Origin: Macrostomum lignano
Lineage: Eukaryota
DNA: 64,000 nucleotides
Reading direction: 5' to 3'
NCBI GenBank assembly: GCA_002269645.1
Contig: NIVC01001289.1
Location: forward strand, 1 to 64,000
Of the stretch, positions 1 through 37,000 are shown piece by piece. The position numbers were made by a program, and so were the translations under genes. Each line of letters begins with the position of its first letter. Position 1 is the stretch's first letter. The notes under the pieces are model-generated. The model made no database searches. It was not told the origin of the DNA and saw nothing but the letters and a program-made list of their open reading frames with translations.

Positions 1-310
1 ATATACAAGTTGCTGTGCAAATAGCAATTTTTTGATTCTTTGACTCTCAAATATTGTTGCAAATACAATATATACAATATATTGATCATAGTCATAGAAA
101 CTTGCTTTCCAAGCAGATTAAATTGATTGATTGTCTTTGAAAATAACATATTAAAAATCAACAGCTATGTATAGCTCTAAAAATATAACTGCAACAATTA
201 TAGTTTATGTAATTGTTATTTAATTATTTAAGTATTAATAGGTAATAATAAAGAGCTAGAAATAATAGCTCAACTAATCCATATATATGGTGATATATGT
301 TGATTTAATA

Positions 311-396
311 TCTGTCGCCAGATTGTCTGTCGCCAGATTGACTGTCACCGGATCGTCTGTCACCGGATCGTCTTGTCGCCAGATTGACTGGATACC
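311..396. repeat. 15-bp tandem repeat x5 (tctgtcgccagattg / tctgtcaccggatcg), possibly a subterminal repeat block of a DNA-transposon end
   Basis: Five consecutive 15-16 nt units read directly, ending in ggatacc; partner end not seen in the window. Confidence 0.7.
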
Positions 397-780
397 GTGT
401 AGACTAGATATATTCTAGAGTAGTATAAAAACATTAATCAAGATAGGAAAAAGCCTTTAAAATTAAAATCCTGAAATACCATATTCATAAAAATATATAC
501 TTGTATAAGTAGTAATATCTATATCTATTTAACCAGATGAATAGTGAAATGGCTATTTATCTGGTAACAGGACAGGACAGATAACAACTGCCTATTACTA
601 ATGAATTTCATAGCCATAGGCCTAATTATTAAAACAAAAAGCTTGACTAGGCCTAGCCTAGTTATAGACCTTATGCCTATGGCTATGGATGTTATGCTAC
701 CCCATTCATGCAATAGGAATAGGCCTAGGTTTTGCTTTGGCTGGCCTAGTAAACAAAACACTAGAGTGTACTCAGTCAAG

Positions 781-1040
781 GGGCCTTTTCATATTACCAA
801 TTCCAGAACCAGAATCGGTTCGGATTTCCAAGAAAAAACAGCAGTATAACTATTAAACTCTTAATATTTGACTGCCTTAACAACCTAATTTAGCACAATT
901 TTTCACTTTCTTCTTGGCGATTGTCATTCAAATAATAAAAACTTTATAGTACGTATCTCCGTCTAGTTATGGAGACAAAAAGTTATACTTCACAAATTGG
1001 TTCCGGTTCTGGAACCAGAGCAAGCAATATGAAAAGGCCC
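781..1040. mobile_element. MITE with 15-bp TIR and 3-bp TSD (PIF/Harbinger-Tourist-like)
   Basis: gggccttttcatatt (781-795) is the exact reverse complement of aatatgaaaaggccc (1026-1040); aag on both flanks (778-780, 1041-1043); subterminal ttccagaacc also inverted. Confidence 0.8.
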
Positions 1041-2006
1041 AAGGCTGGCCCCTCTAGCTAGGCTCTAGATCTAGGGGGGGGGGGGGGGCTATCTCTAATT
1101 CTAAACATAGTCATTTTAATAAATCCTCGAAGAAAACCGAAATAGGAGCGAGCGGCTGAGCGATTGCAAACGCAAACGCAAACGCAAAACCAAAAATAAT
1201 ACGTGCTACGTGCAATATGATATTTAATTTATAGTCGGCTGAATTTTGTCAGTTTAAATTAATCAAGAAAGTATTTTGTTCAAACAAAGCGTTTATAATA
1301 ATTCTGTTCTTTAGCTTTACTGTTCTGTAGAAAAAAATTGAATAACAACGAAAAATTAACACTTTTGAAAATGTCCTTAAATCATGAGGGCTTTACAACT
1401 TTAAGCTGTGTATGCCTAGCAATTATAACTTACAATTCCATTTTCATTTTTGATACACCGAGTATATTCTTCGACTTTCATGGGCATTTCCATTCAGGAA
1501 TTCGAAAATTAATCAGCAGGAATAGTATATTCCTAATAGTAGAATATTCCAAATTTAGTACCTATTATTACATCTTTTAGACTGTTAAAAATGGGAGTAT
1601 CTAAACATGTTTAACACATGTATAATAGTATATTATAGTATAGTATAGTGTATACCGTACACGAATATTAAATTCCTTTTATAACTCTCTTATTATTTCA
1701 TGTGCCAGCATAGTTAAATAAAATGTTTTCATATACTTTCTAAAAGATATAACGTACAAAAGCTGTTAAAATCTGCTTTATTGTTTAATTAATGTTTATC
1801 CAACAATATGTGCTTTCTTCGGAAAGCCATATGTTGTATAGTATAATAAAAAGTACGAGCGTACAAATTGTATATTATATTAAAAATCTTTTCAATATAA
1901 ATCCCAACACCAAAGTCGTAATCTTATTTGATAAAGTGAGAATCATCTGATTCTGTCAACCATATACTATTTAAATTGATAACCTAATCTATTAATTCTT
2001 TTCAGT

Positions 2007-26468
<24,462 letters not shown>

Positions 26469-27164
26469 CAAAATTAAAAGTGAAAAAATACTAAATTTTG
26501 TTTATTTCTAACCTACTGCGCGAGTCAATTTTTACAGATTAAATTAAAAATTAAACTTATCAATTCTCTTTGTTATAAATTGATACAGCAAACGATTTCG
26601 CCGTATCGATTTTGAAGCCAGAACAGAGATCAAATAGATTTAAGCTCGTAAACTCGATGACAGATAACTTTCAGGAGAATATATCCACTACGAAGTCAGC
26701 TTTTTCATGTGAATTACTTCGCTTATCGCTTTCACATAACAGTGCAGATGTACTTTTGCAGCAGCTGAACTAATTGCCTTATTTTGAGTTTTAACTAGCT
26801 ATTGATTGCACGATCCCTAGACTAAAGTCTGTGCACTTTTTCCACTTCCTCTGCTGTTCGTTTAAATTTTTGGTACTTTTCACTATAGTTTGAGACCGTG
26901 ATACTCATACAAGATTCGATTTTTGATTATTCAAATTTACCAGCGGTGTGTCCAAAAACCGATAAAAATATCAGGCTAATCTTTGAATTGCAAAACTTTG
27001 TTTAATCTAAACCCAATTGCAAGCTAGATGATATGTCAAATGTATTTATGAAGGTGTGCGAACAAAAGAGGCATACTTTATTCCAAAATATGTACATAAG
27101 TATACAATTGTTACTAAATGTGCCTTTCAGTTGGCTTAAAATTTAATACGAGGTACATGTACTG

Positions 27165-27170
27165 AATAAA
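27165..27170 (+). promoter_or_regulatory. Candidate polyadenylation signal of the CCDC162-like gene
   Basis: aataaataaa ~700 nt after the stop, followed by a T-rich tract; position alone, no transcript evidence. Confidence 0.3.
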
Positions 27171-27879
27171 TAAACATTTTATGATTGTTTTCGCTTACTT
27201 TTTTTATCTTTCTCCACTGTTTTTGCGCTATTGGCGACACCTCCTCAAGCATCGAAATTTTCTCCTGATTTAAATTTGCAAGCATTATAACAAACAAGTG
27301 GAATATAGTAGACTGTCTTCATAAAATTCTGGCTGCAGCTAAACCCTGTTTGTTATGTAATTTTTTAAATTAAAGTTGTGTAGTGTTAAATATGAGTAAA
27401 TAAGCCACAGATACAGTGCTAACTGGTACACATGTATGTGTCAGCAGTACTCGGGTGTACTGGCAACATAATTATTTTGGTCTACAATTCCCTCCAAAGT
27501 TCAGGTGACGCCCCTATCTAAACATTTATTGGTTGTTAAATCCGTTCTGTAATTCATGGCCTGATCGTTCTATGCTGTTTTATTATTTATAATTTGCTTT
27601 TTTCTATTTCTGTACTTGATTGGATTAATAAGAGTGCTCTTTATTTTCTCAGTATACTTTAATTATAAACAAATAAATATTATTCATTTTTATTTACCCG
27701 TTAAAAGCAGCAGCTAAAGCAGGTGAGCTCACAAAGATAGTAATGATTTTTTTATTTTTTTGCAATCGAAGGTACACGGACAATTTGCTATTTTAAGAAG
27801 TGTTATAACATTAAATAGCAGTATATTACATACCGGTAAAAACATCTCACTGTCATATTGAAAACTACCGTAGTTAATA

Positions 27880-28692
27880 TTCCTTTTTACGTTCTATTTG
27901 ATAAAAACCGCAACCAATTTGGCCACGGCTCAGCCTGACGCAGCCGCAGCAATTTTCCATAGACAGCCACCGCTAGCGGCAACCAATTTGGTAAAAACTG
28001 CGAGCTATTTTGCCAGCTTGAAGATAGCAGCTCAATAGCATAACAATAACGATAAAGAATGTTAACAATACATGCACGAAGTCAGAACATTATGTCCTCA
28101 GCATTCAAGCACCGATTGAAGTACGTCTGGGAATGGTTGATCCAGCGCAGGCACTTGAGAGGCATGATGCAGTTCAGTGCTTGCTCAGACTCAGACTCAG
28201 ACTCATAGTGGTCAGACTCACGTTGGCAACGTCATTGTGTTGGTGCAGCAGGTGCTCTCTCATTTGTTGCAGCGTCGCAGTAGGTTGACCTTCGACGAAT
28301 TGAACAATGGTGTCCACCATAGCCTCCGTCAGCGCCATCCTCTTCACTCCTCCTTTTGGCAGAGTGCCAACTCTACCAGTTCGTTCATACGTGGTCACGA
28401 TGTTCCTCACTATCGGTTTCTTCATCCCCATCATTCTGCCAAGCTCTCCCCAGTCGTCGCCACTCCTGTACGCTCTCACGATTCGCTCTCGATCCAGCTG
28501 ACTTATCTTTTGGTACGGCCCACGATTCGCCATCAGAGCAGCTGCTATCTTCAAGCTGGCAAAATAGCTCGCAGTTTTTACCAAATTGGTTGCCGCTAGC
28601 GGTGGCTGTCTATGGAAAATTCTATGTCTATGGTCAGGCTGAGCCGTGGCCAAATTGGTTGCAGTTTTTATCAAATAGAACGTAAAAAGGTA
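27880..28692 (-). mobile_element. Internally deleted IS630/Tc1-mariner element, copy A (N-terminal HTH region and extreme C-terminus kept; DDE core lost)
   Basis: ~155-bp TIRs (t(t/a)cctttttacgttctatttgataaaaac...), TA on both flanks; minus-strand MANRGPYQKISQLDRERIVRAY...PKGGVKR...QPTATLQQM and ...KCLRWINHSQTYFNRCLNAEDI. Confidence 0.9.
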
Positions 28693-30245
28693 TAGTATAC
28701 ACAATAATGTAATGAAGGCTAGATATGCAACAAATTTTAGCTGTGAAAACTATTGCTTTACATAGAATAAGTTCATAAGCTTTAGGACGTTGGCTAAGTT
28801 TAGAACGCACACAATGAAAATAATCTGACGTCAATTCGTATGGACAATGGGCTGTTTACGATGCTTAGCTATACTCAGTACAATAGTCAATAATATTCAC
28901 CCCTGAAAATAACTTTGTTGAAGCAGATTCAAATAGTACGGTGCGCGACTTTGTTTAAATAAATTGTACTTACGCAACTAAAAATAGCTCAAGATTATAA
29001 TATTTCCTTCTCTTGCGTGTGCAGGGTTTACAAAAGCAGTTTGCTCAGTTAATATTTAAGTGGGAGGAGAGAACAGCCCTTTTAGGATCCGTTGGGAGTA
29101 AAAAAAATTTGACAGAGCAAAAACTGGGGAGAAGCAGCGATAAACAAGTTTATTATAAATAGACAAGGAAAAAATTTTCAATACACGAAAACACCTTGAC
29201 GCAAAAGTCACAAAATCTATGAAATTAGAACTCATTCAGTAAAGAGCGTGAGAGCGTAATGCGGCACTATAAATTATAGCGACTTATTAAGAAACGGAAA
29301 TGGCTCTATACGTGCAATATCTAGCTAGCGAATGAGTATCATTATTGCTTTGCTGGCAGAAAATAAATGAAGATGGAAACATACAGGCAGCAATAAAGTC
29401 ATAAAGATGACAGTTTTGATCATAAAATGTCGCGTTTTACATGCAGATTGCTGGCATACAGCAGCTAACAGTAATCTCGTGTACAAATTGTACTTGCAGG
29501 TATTTATAGTAGCTATTAAGTCGCTTAATAACAATATTCGGTCAGTTGACTGCAAATAACAAGTCACTCAGGGTCAGACATATTTGCATTAATGTGATGA
29601 TATGCTACATTTAGCCGCCATGTTAATAGTTGCGGCGTTATCTGAAAAATTCAGATGCGAACGTGACAGAGTGTTTGCTGATGAAAATTCTTCAGTCCAC
29701 GGCCGTTTTTTTGTTTACCAGCATTCTGCCCTGCCGCGGCATCGTATTTTAAGGACGTTTCAGTTGATGTGGAATGCGTGACCTAGCGTTGTAAAGGCCC
29801 AAAGGGTCATATTCCTGACATGGCCGAACCCTTCTAATGCAGTCTCTCGATCTTGGCATCGAAGTGCAGTGTAAATAGGAAATGACGCAGATGATATTGA
29901 AATATTGTTTTTGCTTACCGTTATATAAAATATTCGAAAAAATTTTCGATTTTAAAATCGCAGACGAGCTACATTTTAGTGGAGTTGCTATTTATAAATG
30001 AAGCATCTGTACAAATAAAGTGGAAAAATAGACAAAGAGGGGTATTTTCTGGATAGCAATAGTTAACAAAAATTTAGGGAATTTTTTGGGGCCTGGAACA
30101 CATACGTCGTAACCCACCTGTTTATTGTACTGCTTGAAACATGAGAGTCAGCAAATAAGTTACGAGCGTATTATTTGATTTTACAAATTATAAAACGTCT
30201 TCCTTAAGTTACGTGTGCCATTAGTTGTACCATATTCAAACAAAT

Positions 30246-31694
30246 TCATTCCAACTCCGGCTTCCAAGGTTTTGCCTCGATCATTTCCGATTGCTGCTTT
30301 GCTACGTCATTCTGCTGTTGCTGCTGTTTCTCGTTCTGTTGTTTGGCAATCGCTCTCAGTAGAATCCGTTGACGACTTCGGCGACTACAGCAGCAGCTGT
30401 TGCAGCATCCGATGGGGCTGTCGCCGAGGCCATTGAGACCGCGCCTTCCCTGCCGTTGCTGCCCGCGACACGGCGTCAACATTCGCATGAGGGTGTGACG
30501 AAAAAGCCGGCCAGACAGACAATAGAAGAAGAAGTTGGTTGCGTGCGAAACGTACACCAAAGTTAGGGCCGATTGGAAGCAGAGTGACAAAACAAGGTAC
30601 GCGGAGGTATCTCTATTTGTAACAGCCTTCTTCATCAGATCGAGGAAGCTGTCCACCAGAGAGAACACACAGAAAGGAAACTGGCAGGCTAAGAAGACAA
30701 AGTTAACTACGACTAGCATCATCAGCATTCGGCGACCATCGTCTAGATTCGTCCGCCTGACACTTGCCCTGCTGAGGCGCTGTTGAGCGTCCAGAGTCGA
30801 TGATGGCAGAGGATCTGTGGTGGCACGTCGAGACACCCGACTGATAGACTGCCTACTAATGATGGCGTTGCGGTTGTTACTAAAGGTATTTGCGTTGTTA
30901 TTAAGTAGCGTACTGCTGTTGCCGTGCATCGAGCTGCGCCATTCAACCTGTTGACTACGTCGGAATTTTCTAGCTGCTCGAACCTTTCGACAGATGGAGA
31001 AGTTAAGGAATAGAAGGCTGGGAAACGGAATCAGAAAGCGGAAGATGGTGTCGGTCCAGGAGAAAGCTACCCACAGCTGATGGTCGTAGACAATTTGACA
31101 GACGGTACCGGCTAGAGGTAGGGGCATGGCTTTAGCTCGGATCAGTAGAGGCAGATTCTTAACGGCGCACAAAGTCCCGACGCCCATCAGGAACAGGAAG
31201 GTGCGGCTTCGATTGCAATACTTACCGGCGCGCAGTGGAAAATGAGTGCCAACGTAGCGTTGAACGGTTACTAGTAGCAGTGTCCATACCGAACCATCGG
31301 CGGTGAAGTATTCTAGGAAGAGAGTCACTCTGCACAGGTGAATGCTCTCAACTTGCCAGTCGAAGCTGATTTGGTACTTCAGCCAGTAGCGCAGAGTACT
31401 CGACAGCAGTACGAGGCTGTCTAGGATAGCCAAGGCCGACAGGCATAGAGACACCGGACTTCGTCTTAGGCGTTTCTGCTGAAAAGTTAGAAGGGCCAGC
31501 AAATTGCAAAGGACGCCAATCACTAGCAGAGGTGGATAGACGATCCGACACAGTAGAGCGCGAAGTTCAGCATTCGACCATTCGACGGCATCAGTAGATT
31601 CCAACGACGCATTGCTGGTTGTTATTGTGCAGTTGCCATCGACGCTATCAAGTATGCCGGTTGAATTTCTGGGGTCGGCTTCCAGACAGTTCAT
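30246..31694 (-). CDS. Intronless class A (rhodopsin-like) peptide GPCR, FMRFamide/sex-peptide/myosuppressin-receptor-like, 482 aa from the first ATG
   Basis: Seven hydrophobic segments; TM1 GVLCNLL, TM2 LAILDSL, TM3 VQRY (DRY variant), TM6 FLACQFP, TM7 HATNFFFYCLSGRLFR; N-terminal sequons NST, NCT, NAS. The reading frame stays open upstream to 31838. Confidence 0.93.
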   Translation of the reverse strand: MNCLEADPRNSTGILDSVDGNCTITTSNASLESTDAVEWSNAELRALLCRIVYPPLLVIGVLCNLLALLTFQQKRLRRSPVSLCLSALAILDSLVLLSSTLRYWLKYQISFDWQVESIHLCRVTLFLEYFTADGSVWTLLLVTVQRYVGTHFPLRAGKYCNRSRTFLFLMGVGTLCAVKNLPLLIRAKAMPLPLAGTVCQIVYDHQLWVAFSWTDTIFRFLIPFPSLLFLNFSICRKVRAARKFRRSQQVEWRSSMHGNSSTLLNNNANTFSNNRNAIISRQSISRVSRRATTDPLPSSTLDAQQRLSRASVRRTNLDDGRRMLMMLVVVNFVFLACQFPFCVFSLVDSFLDLMKKAVTNRDTSAYLVLSLCFQSALTLVYVSHATNFFFYCLSGRLFRHTLMRMLTPCRGQQRQGRRGLNGLGDSPIGCCNSCCCSRRSRQRILLRAIAKQQNEKQQQQQNDVAKQQSEMIEAKPWKPELE

Positions 31695-32939
31695 TGATAG
31701 GCAGTTGATCGACGCAGATAAAACTAAGGACTCAGTGGAAGTGCTATCCGCATTTGCACTCTCAGCGAGCGGGGAAGTTCGAACGGGATAAATATTCAAG
31801 CCAGAGGAAACGTTTGGTGGAGAGTTGACTGCTAGGCCTCACATGACTGGCTGTATCTGGGATAGTGGGGAATATTTTTCTACCACATTGGTGCCTTCAT
31901 TTGGGAAGGGACGATCTCTTCCCCCCCCCCCGCGGCCTGCCATGCATGGTGAAGTGTTTGGTAATTGCAAATTGCTTGCGCGCTACTGGGAGAGACACTG
32001 AACGGCACAGAATGTTCTGCAGTAAGTAGTAACCACTACCCCGATCCTTAGCGCACGTATATGGTCCCAAGCTATGCAAACTAAATGTGGATATAGTAAG
32101 CTGTAATCCCCTGACCCTCTTGCACCAACCCCGAAGTGTGAGTCTAACCAAAAAAATCCTCACCAAAGACTGACGGTAAATGGTTAAAGTCAATCGACAA
32201 TAGGCACACTTTGGCGGGTCAGAATATTTTACACTACCCAATTCTCATACAATGTATGACTTTCCATTTTAAATGGTGATTTTTTAACTTCAAAACCCCA
32301 CCTTACGGAGGAAATTTCAATTGAAGTTTAAGAGTGACGTCGGAGAGCTGAGACGTTTGAGTTCATAATCCCAAATAGTTATCGTATCTTGTCAATCGAC
32401 AGGTACAATTTCACAGTGTCTTTACAACTACCAATCTGCATAACCATCCTTAATGTTTTACGAACGCCACCTCACAATCCTGCAATTATTTCTTGATGGG
32501 CGTTCATCCTTACTTAGATTTTTGCGTAGCAGACATGAAAGGCAAAAGAAATTAATTAAAACCGAATACAGTGTTCCTATATGTGGAAGAAGAAGAGAGA
32601 TAGGATAACTGGATGTCTTAACCATTGGTGCAGTTGGCGCGTTGCTTCTTTCCTTACGAGCTAGGCCAGTAGATAAAAAACAAACCTGTACATTGTACAC
32701 TGTGCCTTACACAAAAATGCTGAAGGGCCAAGAAGTTCTTGCACTACTACTATTGAAAGCCTGTGATGACGGACAGTGAGGCAATCAAGTGGGCCCAACC
32801 CAATAACTTCTGTTGCATTTTTTCTGATTGTGCATGAAGGCAGGAGAGCTTGTACATTGAGACTAGGAGAGACCCGGAGCGAAAATAAGAGTAAGACGGG
32901 ATGTTACTAAGACTAAATAGGGGGGTAAGACTAGTATTG

Positions 32940-33440
32940 AGAGGGGTTGACGATTAGGTGAGACTAGGAGAGAGACGGAATGACTGCGAGAGAGACGGGA
33001 TGAGACTGGAGGACAGAGACGGGTGAGATTGGAGGACAGAGACGGGTGAGATTGGAGCGAGAGAGACGGGTGAGATTGGAGCGAGAGAGACGAGTGAGAT
33101 TGGAGCGAGAGAGACGGGTGAGATTGGAGCGAGAGAGACGGGTGAGATTGGAGCGAGAGAGACAGGGGAGACTGCATGAAAGAGACGGGTGAGATTGGAG
33201 CAAGACGGAGTGAGACTGAAGGAGGGCGTGAGATTAAGAAGAAAAAACGGAGTGAGACTATGAGTAGGACGGAATGAGGCAAAGACTGAATTGGGGTGAG
33301 ACTGGTATTGAGACGGGGTCACGGATAGGTGAGACTAAGAAAGTGACAGAAAGGCGACGTGAGACATACATGTATATGGATAAAGTGAGACTGGTTGATT
33401 AGACGAAGAGAGAGAGAGACGGGAGAGGGTGGGAGAGAGA
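32940..33440. repeat. Purine-rich repeat with 24-bp core unit gagagacgggtgagattggagcga
   Basis: About 7 good units at ~33010-33230 with degenerate flanks. Confidence 0.9.
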
Positions 33441-34023
33441 CAGGCTGAGAATGAGCAGGGACCGATACCGCAGGTACCAAACGCACATAGTCACTCCTTT
33501 CCAAGAAGTTAAAATGTCAGATCAAGGCCGATAGCAAGCGGCATTGCCTGCCCGCAGTGCAATCTTTCACATGTCTGCTAGGCGAGACCAAGTGCACTTC
33601 AATTCCTTTGGAAATGCGCGCACATTTTGGCCTGGCTTGTTTCCTTCCTGAAAGAAAGGCCTTTTCCCCCCCTAAAACGCACGACGGGGTGCAAACCTAT
33701 TAGGCTCTGGAAAAAAATCTAAATTGATTTTCTTCGTTCCTTGGCGGTCATTTGCTCAGCAAGAATTATTAATTTCCCCTTAGCTAATACGGCTACACGT
33801 ATTGTTAGATTAAAAGCAATTCAAGTGACGGTTGGCATGACAACCAACAGTAGTTAGTAGGCAAAACGCAATGCCTAGCAGTGGTAGCTCAGCCACTGAG
33901 CGCAACTGCAGTGAAGGCTTGGGGGAGGTCAGACTATAAAATCTTCAAAGAGGGAACGTCGATCAGAAAAACCTGAATGTTTGTTTTGGGACAGAATATT
34001 TAAAGCTCACCTCAGAATTGCCC

Positions 34024-37000
34024 CTAATAAAGGGGAGAGGGAGGGGAAGGAGAGAAGGTGAAGATGGAGGCGAAATGGGAGAGGAAAACGAAGATGGAGA
34101 CGGGACTAAGAGGACGACGGAGACGGAGAGGGAGATTGCGACGGAAGGGGGCGAAGAAGGAGACGGAGAGGGGACGGAGAGGGAGACGGAGAGGGAGGCG
34201 GAGATGGAGACGAAGAGGGAGATTGCGACGGAAGGGGGCGAAGAAGGAGACGGAGAGGGGACGGAGAGGGAGACGGAGAGGGAGGCGGAGATGGAGACGG
34301 AGAGGGAGACGGAGAGGGAGAAGGAGAGGGAGACGGAAAGGGAGACGGAGAGGGAGACGGAGAGGGAGACGGAAAGGGAGACGGAGAGGGAGGTGGAGAT
34401 GGAGGTGGAGATGGAGAGGGAGAGGGAGACGGAGGGGGAGAGGGAGAGGGAGACGGAGAGGGAGACGGAGAGGGAGACGGAGATGGAGAGGGAGAGGGAG
34501 AGGGAGAGGGAGACGGAGAGGGAGAGGGAGACGGAGAGGGAGAGGGAGAGGGAGAGGGAGAGGGAGAGGGAGAGGGAGAGGGAGACGGAGAGGGAGGCGG
34601 AGATGGAGACGGAGAGGGAGAGGGAGAGGGAGAGGGAGACGGAGAGGGAGGTGGAGATGGAGGCGGAGAGGGAGAGGGAGAGGGAGAGGGAGACGGAGAG
34701 GGAGACGGAGAGGGAGACGGAGAGGGAGACGGAGACGGAGAGGGAGAGGGAGAGGGAGAGGGAGACGGAGAGGGAGACGGAGAGGGAGAGGGAGAGGGAG
34801 ACGGAGAGGGAGACGGAGAGGGAGACGGAGAGGGAGACGGAGAGGGAGACGGAGAGGGAGAGGGAGAGGGAGACGGAGAGGGAGGTGGAGATGGAGGCGG
34901 AGAGGGAGAGGGAGAGGGAGAGGGAGAGGGAGAGGGAGACGGAGAGGGAGACGGAGAGGGAGACGGAAAGGGAGACGGAGAGGGAGACGGAGATGGAGAC
35001 GGAGAGAGAGACGGAGAGGGAGACGGAGAGGGAGGTGGAGAGGGAGACGGAGAGGGAGGTGGAGATGGAGGTGGAGATGGAGAGGGAGAGGGAGACGGAG
35101 AGGGAGGTGGAGATGGAGGCGGAGAGGGAGAGGGAGAGGGAGAGGGAGAGGGAGAGGGAGACGGAGAGGGAGACGGAGAGGGAGAGGGAGAGGGAGAGGG
35201 AGAGGGAGAGGGAGACGGAGAGGGAGGCGGAGATGGAGACGGAGAGGGAGACGGAGAGGGAGAAGGAGAGGGAGACGGAAAGGGAGACGGAGAGGGAGAC
35301 GGAGATGGAGACGGAGAGGGAGACGGAGAGGGAGACGGAAAGGGAGACGGAGAGGGAGACGGAGATGGAGACGGAGAGAGAGACGGAGAGGGAGACGGAG
35401 AGGGAGGTGGAGATGGAGGTGGAGATGGAGAGGGAGAGGGAGACGGAGGGGGAGAGGGAGAGGGAGACGGAGAGGGAGACGGAGAGGGAGACGGAGAGGG
35501 AGACGGAGATGGAGAGGGAGACGGTGAGGGAGAGGGAGAGGGAGAGGGAGAGGGAGAGGGAGAGGGAGAGGAGAGAGGGAGAGGGAGAGGGAGACGGAGA
35601 GGGAGAGGGAGAGGGAGACGGAGAGGGAGACGGAGAGGGAGACGGAGAGGGAGACGGAGAGGGAGAGGAGAGGAGAGGGAGAGGGAGAGGAGACGGAGAC
35701 GGAGAGGGAGGTGGAGATGGAGGCGGAGAGGGAGAGGGAGACGGAGAGGGAGACGGAGAGGGAGACGGAGAGGGAGACGGAGACGGAGAGGGAGAGGGAG
35801 AGGGAGAGGGAGACGGAGACGGAGAGGGAGAGGGAGAGGAGAGAGGGAGACGGAGAGGGAGAGGGAGAGGGAGAGGGAGAGGGAGAGGGAGAGGGAGACG
35901 GAGAGGGAGACGGAGAGGGAGACGGAGAGGGAGAGGGAGAGGGAGAGGGAGACGGAGAGGGAGGTGGAGAGGAGGCGGAGAGGGAGAGGGAGAGGGAGAG
36001 GAGACGGAGAGGGAGAGGGAGACGGAGAGGGAGATGGAGAGGGAGACGGAGAGGGAGAGGGAGAGGGAGACGGAGAGGGAGACAAAGAGGGAGACGGAGA
36101 GAGAGAGGGAGAGGGAGAGGAGAGGGAGACGGAGACGGAGAGGGAGAGGGAGAGGGAGAGGGAGAGGGAGACGGAGACGGAGAGGGAGACGGAGAGGGAG
36201 ACGGAGACGGAGAGGGAGACGGAGAGGGAGACGGAGAGGGAGGTGGAGATGGAGGCGGAGAGGGAGAGGGAGAGGGAGAGGGAGACGGAGAGGGAGACGG
36301 AGAGGGAGACGGAGAGGGAGAGGGAGACGGAGAGGGAGACGGAGAGGAGAGGGAGACGGGAGGGAGAGGGAGAGGGAGAGGGAGACGGAGAGGGAGACGG
36401 AGAGGGAGACGGAGAGGGAGACGGAGAGGGAGAGGGAGAGGGAGAGGGAGAGGAGAGGGAGACGGAGAGGGAGAGGGAGAGGGAGAGGAGAGGGAGAGGG
36501 AGAGGGAGACGGAGAGGGAGACGGAGAGGGAGACGGAGAGGGAGAGGGAGAGGGAGAGGGAGAGGGAGACGGAGAGGGAGACGGAGAGGGAGACGGAGAG
36601 GGAGAGGGAGAGGGAGAGGGAGACGGAGAGGGAGACGGAGAGGGAGACGGAGAGGGAGACGGAGACGGAGAGGGAGAGGGAGAGGGAGAGGGAGACGGAG
36701 AGGGAGACGGAGACGGAGAGGGAGACGGAGACGGAGACGGAGAGGGAGACGGAGAGGGAGACGAGAGGAGAGGGAGACGGAGAGGGAGGTGGAGATGGAG
36801 GCGGAGAGGGAGAGGAGAGGGAGAGGGAGAGGGAGAGGGAGACGGAGAGGGAGACGGAGAGGGAGACGGAGAGGGAGAGGGAGAGGGAGAGGGAGACGGA
36901 GATGGAGACGGAGAGAGAGACGGAGAGGGAGACGGAGAGGGAGGTGGAGAGGGAGACGGAGAGGGAGGTGGAGATGGAGGTGGAGATGGAGAGGGAGAGG

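Noticed and set aside
29605-29880. GC-richer island with small hairpins downstream of the GPCR, as a possible ncRNA
   Set aside because: No match by eye to snRNA, SRP, RNase P/MRP or SL motifs; unresolved without an Rfam search.
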